From Promethearchaeota archaeon (GTDB lineage Archaea; Asgardarchaeota; Hermodarchaeia; Hermodarchaeales; Hermodarchaeaceae), in NCBI GenBank assembly GCA_048938385.1, contig JBHLMG010000008.1, positions 1-64,000 of the forward strand: a DNA stretch of 64,000 nt, given 5' to 3'. A program made the position numbers and the translations under genes. Positions 10,169 to 19,037 of this stretch are shown piece after piece. The first letter of the stretch is position 1, and each line of letters starts with the position of its first letter. Below the pieces are notes generated by a model that worked only from the letters and a program-made list of their open reading frames with translations, had not been told where the DNA came from and did no database searches.

Positions 10169-10375
10169 ATGCCAAACAATATTCCTATGGAGAAAGCTGT
10201 TGAATTATGTAGAGAGTACAGGGACAAGCACAAGGTTCGTTTGTTCAGCCAATGTTGGGGTTGCCTGAAATTTTCAAAAGAAGAACCCCAGAAAATGTGT
10301 TTTTACACTGAAAAAAATCCTGCTGAAAATCGTGGATGTAAATTTGTTAATAAATTGTTTGATAAATCAGTGTGA
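10169..10375 (+). CDS. Small Cys-rich hypothetical protein
   Basis: 68 aa with CWGC...C...RGC..VN pattern; ATG start. Confidence 0.7.
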   Translation: MPNNIPMEKAVELCREYRDKHKVRLFSQCWGCLKFSKEEPQKMCFYTEKNPAENRGCKFVNKLFDKSV

Positions 10376-10662
10376 GGGGCACTCGGGCGTTAACTTCGAT
10401 ATATTTTATCCCCTTAGTTAACTTGATCAGAAACTGGTGATGTTTTGTGTTTCTTAACTACCCAAATTTAAAATAAGTACGACTTCCCATTAATTCTAAT
10501 GTTGGAGATTAGTCAGTGTTTTTTTAAAATCCACTATTTCTGAGGCGGGTGATGGTGTTGTGTTCACATACATTATTTTACATATTAAATTTGTAAAAAG
10601 AAATATCAAATTATCACTTTAGGTGAAGAGGGTATAGCTTGAAGAAGAATATGGTTTTACCT

Positions 10663-11634
10663 TCATTTGCTTCGAGGTTTGAGTTCTGGGAGCCCAAGCA
10701 ATTTTCTTAAACCGCGACCCAATGGGTTTCGGGGCCACGCTGTCCTTGGATAGGTGACAAAATCTTCAAAGGCTGTGATGTGCGGGTTCGCTTTGATCTC
10801 GCGAATAATCGGGACCACTTGATTGGCATCGCTAATGATTAACCCCACATCTAAAATGGGCTCGTTGGTCGTTACACTCGACCACCAGAATTCGTCAGAG
10901 TAATTTTCTGCGATGACTGTGGCTAGCTCCGGACCCGTGGTTTGATTGGGATCCCACCAGATTTTCAATCGATATTCTATGTCACCAAGGGCAAAAATAT
11001 TGTAGCCATTACATAGGTGGACGCCACCACCCCATTGCAGGTCTGAGATGATTTTTCGCACGCGTCTTGGAGTTATGCCTGTCCGTTGGGCAATCCTTGT
11101 GACTGGCATTCGCATACTTTCCACTAGTTGGCGTAACACTAGTAATTGCTTTTGCGAGAAATTCACCTTCTTTCCACGAGTGTTCATGAAATAGTCAGGT
11201 GGCATGTTGGGGAACACAAAGTAGATGGGGCGCATCTCTACATGAATGACGCTGGCAAGGTTTTCCAGATTTTTTTTCAGACCTAATGCTTCGCTGGTTC
11301 CTGCGACCATGGCCCATAGCTCGTATCGGCGATCACCAGTTCGATAAATCTCGCAACCGGAGGGCTGGGTTGCTATCTCTTGCATGAGTTCGACTCCTTT
11401 TTCGGATCCATCGGTGGTAATTACTGTAATGATGTCTTCGACACCCACCATCTCCCTGCTTAATATTGCATACCCGCCTCCCAGCATTCTCTGTTCGCGC
11501 ATTCTTTTGATGCGGTTTTTTATAGTATTGGGTGAGACATTGAATTTCTTGGCAAGTGTTTGGTATGACAACCGTGGGTCGTATTCTAGTTCCCGAATCA
11601 GCGCCCAGTCCTGAGGATCCAACCAAATCATCAC
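10663..11634 (-). CDS. Tandem Lrp/AsnC-type winged-HTH transcriptional regulator
   Basis: Two wHTH units (LD..D..LIREL..DPRLSY..LA; MRMPVTRIAQRTGI). Confidence 0.85.
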   Translation of the reverse strand: MMIWLDPQDWALIRELEYDPRLSYQTLAKKFNVSPNTIKNRIKRMREQRMLGGGYAILSREMVGVEDIITVITTDGSEKGVELMQEIATQPSGCEIYRTGDRRYELWAMVAGTSEALGLKKNLENLASVIHVEMRPIYFVFPNMPPDYFMNTRGKKVNFSQKQLLVLRQLVESMRMPVTRIAQRTGITPRRVRKIISDLQWGGGVHLCNGYNIFALGDIEYRLKIWWDPNQTTGPELATVIAENYSDEFWWSSVTTNEPILDVGLIISDANQVVPIIREIKANPHITAFEDFVTYPRTAWPRNPLGRGLRKLLGLPELKPRSK

Positions 11635-11975
11635 CCATCATTTCATGCAGGAAATGTTTGCAATCAGATCAGTTGAACACTGGTCATGTGATTGGCCTCT
11701 GCCTGTACAACTAGTGCTGTAGTGTTGCGGAATTTTATAAAAATTCCCTATTTGAGGTCAATTTCCGCAAATGATGAAGCTGTTTTGTGCAATTAGAAGG
11801 GATGTTTTGTCATTTTGTAATTGTGTGGACTCCCATCGATTGATATTCTGGGTTACAGATAGTGCTGTTGCATCACACCGGTTGTTGCGAAAAACCGGGT
11901 GTATTGCACCACTGCTGAGGAGCAGTTGTCTTGCTAAATCTATGGTTCCTAGCCATAGCAAGGGAGGTGAACAAG

Positions 11976-12473
11976 CTGAAAACTAAAACTTTAGTCAAAC
12001 GCGTGAGCGTTGTGTTACTGGCAGTGGCCTTCCTATTCGCCTTCATACCTAGCGCCCAAGCAAAACAACTTCGAACTGAAATGCATGTCTACTTCAATCC
12101 TAAAGTGTTCACAGATCCGACTGAACCCATCTGGAATGGCACAGTGAGTGGGGACATCAACGGTGAGATGTTATTCTGGGCCACAGGACCCATTCCAGCC
12201 AAAGATCTGGGGCATCCACCTGACTTCCCATGGCGAGTGCACTTCTTCATGGAATATTGGGAAATCACTGATGAAGACGGCGATATGATCAAAGGAACTG
12301 ACCAGGGAATTACCGGATCTTCCAATTGGTGGTTCCGGATGAACGGGATAGTCGTAGACGGAACTGGAAAATACGAGGGGTTAGAGGGTCACCGAGTCCA
12401 CATGCATGGTCAAATCGAGTGGACCAGTGTATTTGAGGTCGGTGTCGCTATTGGTCCCATCATCATAACCTAG
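11976..12473 (+). CDS. Secreted hypothetical beta-rich protein (probable CTG start)
   Basis: GGAGGTGA 5 nt before CTG at 11976; this start gives a signal peptide KTKTLVKR-hydrophobic-AQA. Confidence 0.75.
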   Translation: MKTKTLVKRVSVVLLAVAFLFAFIPSAQAKQLRTEMHVYFNPKVFTDPTEPIWNGTVSGDINGEMLFWATGPIPAKDLGHPPDFPWRVHFFMEYWEITDEDGDMIKGTDQGITGSSNWWFRMNGIVVDGTGKYEGLEGHRVHMHGQIEWTSVFEVGVAIGPIIIT

Positions 12474-12496
12474 GAATACACGAAAAGGCTGGAAAC

Positions 12497-12536
12497 GAGA
12501 GGTTCTTGGAATCATCCAAGAACTCTCTTCTTTTTT
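12497..12536 (+). terminator. Hairpin plus T-tract terminator
   Basis: GAGAGGTTCTTGGA...TCCAAGAACTCTC followed by TTCTTTTTT. Confidence 0.7.
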
Positions 12537-12605
12537 ATTTGGTGTTTCAAAGGCGGTGACAATCTGCAATGAGGTTGGAGGGGTGAGGCTCAATAGACCG
12601 ATAGG

Positions 12606-13634
12606 ATGATAAGCCAAACAATGCAGGGATGTGAAAGAATGCCGGGTGAGAAGATGGTTGTGGTATCTATCGTGCAGGATTCTGAGGTAGGTGTTGCAGT
12701 ACGAAAAACCCTTGAGGTTCTAGGCGGAATTGAGAATTTTATTAAGCCACATGATAAGGTGGTAATTAAACCGAATTTAGTATTCGCACTTCGACCTTTT
12801 ACCGGATTTACTACTGATCCACCAGTGATTCAAGCAATCGTTGAGTTGTGTCAGAGCATGAAACCCAAAGAAGTGGTTATCGCTGAAGGTTCTGGTGGTA
12901 TTGATACTCAGTTGGCATTTTTGAGTTGCCGGTACACTGAAATCGCACAGCGATATGGTGTTGAATTGGTGGATCTAAATACCGCTCACACAACAAAGGT
13001 GGAGGTTCTTAACGGGATAGTAGTGAAGGAGCTAGATATCCCTGACCTTATTCTCGAATGTGATGTGTTAATCAATGTGCCCAAGCTTAAGCTCTACAAG
13101 CAAATTCCTGGAAGTAGGGATTGGGCAAGTCTGGCAGTGAAGAACCTTTTAGGGACTATTCCTGGGAGAGGTGAATACTCATCAACCCGACCTTCAGGAA
13201 TGGCAGTTGAATGTTCCCGTGAATTCTGGGCACCCGATGGCGAATATTACCATCCCTTTTACAGGCAATGGTGGAGCCCTAGTGGTCAAAGGAAACGGAT
13301 TCATGCTAACCTAGCCCAAGGGTTAGTCGATGTGAATATGGTAATCAAACCCGCCCTTAACATCATGGATGCGTTCATTGTCAGTGATGACATCAACATG
13401 ACCACAACTAAAGCGAAGAAACCTGTTGCACTCAACACCATCCTTGCCAGCCGAGACCCGTTAGCTCTCGATTGCATTGCGACAAAAATCATTGGAATTA
13501 ATCCCTTTGACACATTATATCTCAAACATGCGGCAGAACGGGGGATTGGTGAATCAAATTATGCCCTGATTCAATTAAAAGGAACTCCACTAGAAAAAAT
13601 AATACGCGCCTGGAATGCTGCGTTCAAAAGCTGA
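12606..13634 (+). CDS. DUF362 family protein
   Basis: VVIKPNLV, TTDP.V, IAEGSG, INVPKLK, AVKNLLG, DPLALD. Confidence 0.88.
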   Translation: MISQTMQGCERMPGEKMVVVSIVQDSEVGVAVRKTLEVLGGIENFIKPHDKVVIKPNLVFALRPFTGFTTDPPVIQAIVELCQSMKPKEVVIAEGSGGIDTQLAFLSCRYTEIAQRYGVELVDLNTAHTTKVEVLNGIVVKELDIPDLILECDVLINVPKLKLYKQIPGSRDWASLAVKNLLGTIPGRGEYSSTRPSGMAVECSREFWAPDGEYYHPFYRQWWSPSGQRKRIHANLAQGLVDVNMVIKPALNIMDAFIVSDDINMTTTKAKKPVALNTILASRDPLALDCIATKIIGINPFDTLYLKHAAERGIGESNYALIQLKGTPLEKIIRAWNAAFKS

Positions 13635-13682
13635 AAACATAAAAAGCACTACAACAGGATTATCTATCTGAGGTGAAGGGAT

Positions 13683-13976
13683 ATGCCAATTTACATCACC
13701 CTCATGAAATTAACTGAAAAAGGAGTAAAAGAGATCAAGGATGCTCCGAAACGGATCGAATCTGGCATCAAGTATTTAGAAAAACTTGGTGGAAAGTTAC
13801 TCGGCTTCTATGTCACTTTAGGAGAATACGATTACATCGGCATAGCGGACGCACCCAATGACGAAGTCGTGATGCGATTCTTGCTAGGTTTAGGCATGGC
13901 CGGTAATGTCCGTACCACAACCCTCAAAGCGTATTCGAAAGAGCAAATGGGCGAAATTATCAAGAAACTACCTTAG
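13683..13976 (+). CDS. GYD domain protein
   Basis: TLGEYD motif, GNVRTTTL; SD GAGGTGA. Confidence 0.9.
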   Translation: MPIYITLMKLTEKGVKEIKDAPKRIESGIKYLEKLGGKLLGFYVTLGEYDYIGIADAPNDEVVMRFLLGLGMAGNVRTTTLKAYSKEQMGEIIKKLP

Positions 13977-14049
13977 CTCCAAAGCCCCACTTCATCAATC
14001 TGGTTGCAGTCTGAAACCGAGAAACATGATGCAGTCAGTAGTCTATTAT

Positions 14050-14730
14050 TTATTCTAAAAAAGTTACAATGCGGGAAAAGATCCTCTTCCATGCACCCTG
14101 GCTAAGCCGTCCGGTTTGTGTGTTTTGACGACTAGGGTGATAAGACGCTATCAAGATTGGACTATCACGAATTTCATAAGTTTTGCCATGCTGAAAAGTT
14201 GGTTTCGGTCGAGAAGCTGGATAAAGATAACGTAGACAGACATCAAACGCAATGTGACCAAGGGCTAAGATCACTTTGATGTTCTTCAATAATCTCCACT
14301 CCTTTAGCAGAAAATCACTACAATTAGTAATCTCTTGTGAGGTAGGACGGTTCTTCGGTGGAGCACACCGAACGGGTGCCGTAATAAAGGCATCACGCAA
14401 GATGAGTCCATCATTCCGGCTCTGGCTTATAGGTTGATTCGAAAAACCTGCATCGAAGAGGGCTCTTATCAACCAATCTCCAGAACTGTCGCCAGTGAAC
14501 ATTCTTCCAGTCCGGTTCCCTCCATGGGCTGCAGGTGCTAAACCAATAATGAGTAACCGACCATTAACATCTCCAAAGCCAGGTATGGGTTTCCCCCAGT
14601 ATTTTTCCTTCTGAAACCGTCGAACCTTAGTTTCTGCCACTGCATGGATATAATTTACAAGGCGTGAACACCGATGACATTGTATAATATGTCGGTTAAG
14701 CATCTCCCAATTAGAGTTATTTTTTACCAT
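14050..14730 (-). CDS. udgB: Uracil-DNA glycosylase family 5 (UdgB)
   Basis: CxxC, GLAPAAHGGNRTGRMFTGD, RCAPP.N.P, HPSRQNT. Confidence 0.92.
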   Translation of the reverse strand: MVKNNSNWEMLNRHIIQCHRCSRLVNYIHAVAETKVRRFQKEKYWGKPIPGFGDVNGRLLIIGLAPAAHGGNRTGRMFTGDSSGDWLIRALFDAGFSNQPISQSRNDGLILRDAFITAPVRCAPPKNRPTSQEITNCSDFLLKEWRLLKNIKVILALGHIAFDVCLRYLYPASRPKPTFQHGKTYEIRDSPILIASYHPSRQNTQTGRLSQGAWKRIFSRIVTFLE

Positions 14731-14924
14731 ATTCGAGCCATCCCAACTGGGTTAAACTCACAGAGATATAAATGCCATAAAAGATCCTAATGGTGTTCTA
14801 CACACCATTCCAGACAAATCTCTGTGAACTAGCATCCTTTAATGATGTAAGACAAGCTGTAACGGATGCGTTCAAACCACGCCTTTCCCTTTTATCGCTT
14901 CGAAGGCTTGGAGGAGTTCTAAAA

Positions 14925-15272
14925 TTAGGGGAAAAGAAACACTCCTAGTAAGCCAATGACTAGGAGGAGGGCTCCTGTTACGAGAATAACTACTCCGCTC
15001 TGGGATTGTTCCCGGCGACGGTCTGAGTAACCTCGAACGGTGTCCCGAGTAACCTGAGGGTTCACGGAGTATCGTGTCGTTGCCATTGCTTCAACAAATG
15101 GTGTTCGTAAACATGCGCCAAAGACGAGGAGAATGATACCCATGAACAGTACGACCATAAAAAAATTCGAAATGGTCCAAAATTGAAAAAGAAGAAATGT
15201 AGCAAGCCAAGCTATTACAAAACAGACGGGCAAAACAATCGCTAATCGTTTTCCGAGGGATTTCCAATCCAC
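14925..15272 (-). CDS. Small membrane protein (3 TM)
   Basis: Hydrophobic segments; GGAGG SD before GTG. Confidence 0.75.
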   Translation of the reverse strand: MDWKSLGKRLAIVLPVCFVIAWLATFLLFQFWTISNFFMVVLFMGIILLVFGACLRTPFVEAMATTRYSVNPQVTRDTVRGYSDRRREQSQSGVVILVTGALLLVIGLLGVFLFP

Positions 15273-15430
15273 TTTGAAACCTCCATAGTGATAGACATCA
15301 ATTCGTGGTCAAAAAGTTAAGGAATGGAGATATTTGATTTCTAGGGTGGGCGCTGAAGTTTTCGTGGGTGGACAAAGATCGGTTTTCCAATCTCTAAGAC
15401 AATGTTTCTGTGGTCAGATGCTTTGGTCAC

Positions 15431-16459
15431 TCACTGTTGTGAAGTGAAAGAATACTCTATGTTGTGGGACTTAAATTCGTTCTTACATGGTGGACCTTGA
15501 CTGATCCATGCCTCTTTGGATTGTGGGGATAGAATCCATGACCAACAAGTTCCAAATGTTCCATTTGGGGCTTTTTCATGGTAGTGAAGTTGGTTCTCAC
15601 AGGACTTCAGTGCGGCGAAGATTGTTTCTTCTTTGATGTTACCTTTGTGTTCTTTAAACCACTGATTGAGAAATTGCCGACGAGTGTTAAATAAGTCGAG
15701 AATGTCTCGTGTTTCATCTGGGATGAATAGTCTCATCTCTGGGTCTTCGTAAGTTAAGGTGATCATATCGAACCCATTAGCTGGATAAGTGACTAAGGTC
15801 TTTTGACGGTGAGTTTCAATCTTGGCAAGGGTGTCGTGCTTGTCAATGATCAGGTAATTGTTTCCCCAGACTTTCGGAATTTCTTCGATGAATTCTACTG
15901 CGTCTTCGGTTGTTTTGAAGTTATCAAGAATCCATCTCGTCGCAATATTGAGCATCACTCCTGGCCCAGAATTGACGAATGATGTTGTAGCTGAAGAAAT
16001 CGTAAGGCCTGCTTCGTTGATGCCACCATAACGTGATAAGAGTGGCCAATGAAAAGTAAATCCAAAACTCGCTATCTTGCGATTCGGCTTCACAGTGCAG
16101 ATCGTAAGATATTTGCTATCTTCTTCTAGCCATTCGTGATTCCTTACTAGTAATGATCTCCCGGATTGAGTGTGTTCACCTGTGATGGCAAACACCAAGC
16201 ATGACGGGTTCAGCCTGTATGGTGTAAGTTCTAGTGCTACAAGCACTTGATAATTAACACCACAGCTTTCTGCCATACCACGCAATTCATCCAACAGATC
16301 AGGGCAATACGCATGAACTACCTTTTCATAATCTTTAGATCGTTCGAGGTTTTCCCTAGAAAATTTTGGTGGAAATCCCCTTTCTCTTTCGGCGATAAGT
16401 TGTTTACCATTACTCAACCCGATCTCATAATATGAGCCTTTGAAGCAAATCCGATACAT
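15431..16459 (-). CDS. Peptidase C45 / acyl-CoA:6-APA acyltransferase-like Ntn hydrolase
   Basis: GSYYEIG..G, ELRGMA, nucleophile Cys (SCLVFA), RNHEW, GINEAGL, GPPC. Confidence 0.88.
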   Translation of the reverse strand: MYRICFKGSYYEIGLSNGKQLIAERERGFPPKFSRENLERSKDYEKVVHAYCPDLLDELRGMAESCGVNYQVLVALELTPYRLNPSCLVFAITGEHTQSGRSLLVRNHEWLEEDSKYLTICTVKPNRKIASFGFTFHWPLLSRYGGINEAGLTISSATTSFVNSGPGVMLNIATRWILDNFKTTEDAVEFIEEIPKVWGNNYLIIDKHDTLAKIETHRQKTLVTYPANGFDMITLTYEDPEMRLFIPDETRDILDLFNTRRQFLNQWFKEHKGNIKEETIFAALKSCENQLHYHEKAPNGTFGTCWSWILSPQSKEAWISQGPPCKNEFKSHNIEYSFTSQQ

Positions 16460-16651
16460 GAAGCTAGGTCTGATGGATGATACATAAGCATTTTTTGTTG
16501 AGCTTCAATGTTGTTAATCGCAATTCTCATGGGATTATTTGCAGTAGAATAACTCCCGGAATTGATTTTTTATCAGATTAGTTCGTGCGGCTAGATTTTA
16601 AAACAAGTTATACACTTTCGCGCATCAAACTACTCCTCTGGAGGAAGAAAT

Positions 16652-17290
16652 ATGGCTGGAGAAGAATTACTCGTCTTTTGGATTATGGCTGCGATCTTTG
16701 GTATCGCAACTGTGATGTTTACCTTGCTTTCGTTCCGTTCTGGAGCGCATCAATTTCTTTCCTTCGTTGATATTCTTGTTGCCTTCATAACCACTATATC
16801 TTATGTTCTGATGGCCCTTGGCTTCCTAATGGTGACCTCAAGTTACCTTGAACCAATATATTGGAGCCGTTGGCTATTTTACATGGCTAGTTGTAGCCTT
16901 CTAACCGTATCGGTCGCTGTCATTCTCAAACAGACACACACTGTCACGCTTTCAAAAATTCCGATCTTGACGATGCTTGTAATGTTCTGCGGTTTTTTGG
17001 CGGCTTTTATCACAACTGTTGAGCGCTGGTGGTTCTTTGCGTTCAGCTCTATTGCCTATGTTGCCCTCCTCATTACACTATTCAAAGGTGTACCCCAGGA
17101 AGGGATGAATTCACAAATCATGTGGTTTATTCTCATCTTTTGGTCACTGTTCCCTCTAGTGTTCGTCCTTGCACCAACAGGCTTTGGGTTGATTAACACA
17201 CTCATCGCGGTCATCTTGTATGCTGCCTTAGATGTGATAACGAAAATCATCTATGGGCTGATCATTCTCTTCCGCGTAAAGGAAGCATAA
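16652..17290 (+). CDS. Schizorhodopsin-type microbial rhodopsin (variant FSS motif)
   Basis: 7 TM, 212 aa; helix C YWSRWLFYMASC, helix F FWSLFP, helix G LDVITK with retinal Lys198; SD GGAGG. Confidence 0.9.
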   Translation: MAGEELLVFWIMAAIFGIATVMFTLLSFRSGAHQFLSFVDILVAFITTISYVLMALGFLMVTSSYLEPIYWSRWLFYMASCSLLTVSVAVILKQTHTVTLSKIPILTMLVMFCGFLAAFITTVERWWFFAFSSIAYVALLITLFKGVPQEGMNSQIMWFILIFWSLFPLVFVLAPTGFGLINTLIAVILYAALDVITKIIYGLIILFRVKEA

Positions 17291-17513
17291 CTGATCCGAA
17301 AAATTCCTTGGAATTCAATGGCGTTAACTTGCAAGTAGTGAACCTGCTTTTATTCGGGGGCGATATTTCGATAAATAGCCGTCTCATGGTATTTGATTAG
17401 ATAGTTTTTTAATAAGAAGAATATTTATATAGTACTTACAATCTTAACACCGTTAATACCGAGAATGATTGAACATCACCATCCTCGGGTCAAAATTCAA
17501 GGATGGATGTGAA

Positions 17514-17915
17514 ATGGAAAATATTGTAAAAATTGCAAAAGATGCAGGCCAGTTTAACACCCTGTTAACGGCTGCAACCGCGGCTGGTCTAGCCGAAACA
17601 TTGTCAAATGATGGACCCTTTACGGTTTTCGCCCCAACAGATGATGCATTTTCAGCACTTCCAGAAGGCACGATTGATGCGCTTTTAAAAGATACTGAAA
17701 AGCTGAAAACAATTCTCCTCTACCATGTGGTGGCAGGGAAATACAAGGCTGAAGAAGTCGTCAGTCGGGATGAACTCAAAACTGTCCAGGGTCAGAGCAT
17801 CCATATTGACGCCACTGACGGTGTCAAAGTTGATGAAGCACGCGTTATCAAGGCTGACATTGAAGCTGAGAACGGCGTGATCCATGTCATCGACAAAGTA
17901 ATACTCCCTAATTAG
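17514..17915 (+). CDS. Fasciclin (FAS1) domain protein
   Basis: FTVFAPTDDAF, ILLYHVV, NGVIHVIDKVILP; ATG at 17514; no signal peptide. Confidence 0.95.
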   Translation: MENIVKIAKDAGQFNTLLTAATAAGLAETLSNDGPFTVFAPTDDAFSALPEGTIDALLKDTEKLKTILLYHVVAGKYKAEEVVSRDELKTVQGQSIHIDATDGVKVDEARVIKADIEAENGVIHVIDKVILPN

Positions 17916-17935
17916 GATGCAATGAATCCAAATGT

Positions 17936-17959
17936 AATGAGGGGAAATTTCCCCTCATT
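17936..17959. terminator. Perfect 24-bp inverted repeat (terminator or operator)
   Basis: AATGAGGGGAAA|TTTCCCCTCATT followed by a T-rich tract. Confidence 0.65.
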
Positions 17960-17995
17960 TCTTTAATTTGTAAAGAAAAAACACACAACCTTGAG

Positions 17996-18460
17996 GTGAT
18001 CGGTATGGTTATGCCTAAAATAGATCGGTTAGCACCTGATTTTACAGCTCCCACCGATGCGGAATCGGATTTAACATTAAGTCAACTTCGTGGAAATATC
18101 GTGGTTTTGTATTTTTATCCTCGTGCTGGTACTCCAAGTTGCACAAAAGAGGCCTGCTCCTTCCGTGATAATATGATTCGCCTAACGGGAATGGGCGTTA
18201 AAGTGGTTGGTGTAAGCACTGATAGTGTTAAACGACAAGCTGGGTTCAAGGAAAAGAATGCCCTGCAATTCCCACTAATCGCAGATAAGGAACAACGAGT
18301 TGTTAAGCTCTATGATGTTCTTAAACCTGAAACTGGTTCTGCTCAACGAGCCACATTTCTAATTGATCGTGAAGGAAAAATACGATTTATCTGGCCGAAG
18401 GTACGAGTCCCAGGGCATGTCGACGAAATCATCGCAAAAATCCAAGAACTAAAACTCTAA
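17996..18460 (+). CDS. bcp: Peroxiredoxin Bcp/PrxQ
   Basis: YFYPRAGTPSCTKEACSFRD, GVSTD, RATFLID. Confidence 0.93.
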   Translation: MIGMVMPKIDRLAPDFTAPTDAESDLTLSQLRGNIVVLYFYPRAGTPSCTKEACSFRDNMIRLTGMGVKVVGVSTDSVKRQAGFKEKNALQFPLIADKEQRVVKLYDVLKPETGSAQRATFLIDREGKIRFIWPKVRVPGHVDEIIAKIQELKL

Positions 18461-18491
18461 AATAACATCGTTAAAGGCTTTGGGGTTACGA

Positions 18492-18950
18492 ATGGCAAGA
18501 CTCAAACCAGAAAAGCTGAATGTACGCGTTATTCCTCCACTCCCACTAGTCGGTTTACATTTTCCTCGTCGCTACACACTCACTCATTCAGATCGAACTG
18601 GTGACCTTTTTCTCACAATAGGACAAGACTACGATTATTCACAAATCAAAGGTTGGTACACGAAGTTGATGCGAGATGAAGTTCTTGCTGAAATGGTTCA
18701 AGAAAAAGAACGAATCGCTCTTCATGTATATTGTCAAGTTAGTCGTGGGTTAGGCACACGAGGGTTCCGTGAAACCATTTTCAGGCGAGAATTACCTCTT
18801 GTGCTAGAAGCTATTCGCCTTGGAGATCGTGAACTCTTTGATAGAGAGCCACACTTGGATCAATTAGATGTTCTAATTCATTTTTGTACAAAAACACCAG
18901 AGAATGACATTGTCGAGAACTGGGGTCCAATAAGTCAATATAGGATCTGA
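18492..18950 (+). CDS. STAYGREEN-family protein (Mg-dechelatase homologue)
   Basis: PRRYTLTHSD.TGDLFLTIG, MRDEVLAE, IF.RELPLVLEAI..GD, WGP. Confidence 0.9.
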   Translation: MARLKPEKLNVRVIPPLPLVGLHFPRRYTLTHSDRTGDLFLTIGQDYDYSQIKGWYTKLMRDEVLAEMVQEKERIALHVYCQVSRGLGTRGFRETIFRRELPLVLEAIRLGDRELFDREPHLDQLDVLIHFCTKTPENDIVENWGPISQYRI

Positions 18951-19037
18951 CTGGATGAGATTTGAGTTTGGGTCATGCTACCTTTATAATTTCAGTTTAA
19001 ATTCTTACAAGGAAATGATAACCGAATGGTAATATGG

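Noticed and set aside
10169-10400. Selenocysteine read-through at TGA stops (also considered for Bcp)
   Set aside because: Read-through adds only a few residues, no SECIS-like hairpin was recognised, and Bcp has ordinary Cys codons
7817-13976. Integron cassette array
   Set aside because: Genes are in mixed orientation, with no convincing RYYYAAC...GTTRRRY attC pairs and no integrase
16652-17290. Heliorhodopsin or bacteriorhodopsin-type outward pump
   Set aside because: Has Phe at the D85 position and DxxxK in helix G, matching schizorhodopsins; lacks the heliorhodopsin RWxEY and SxxxK motifs
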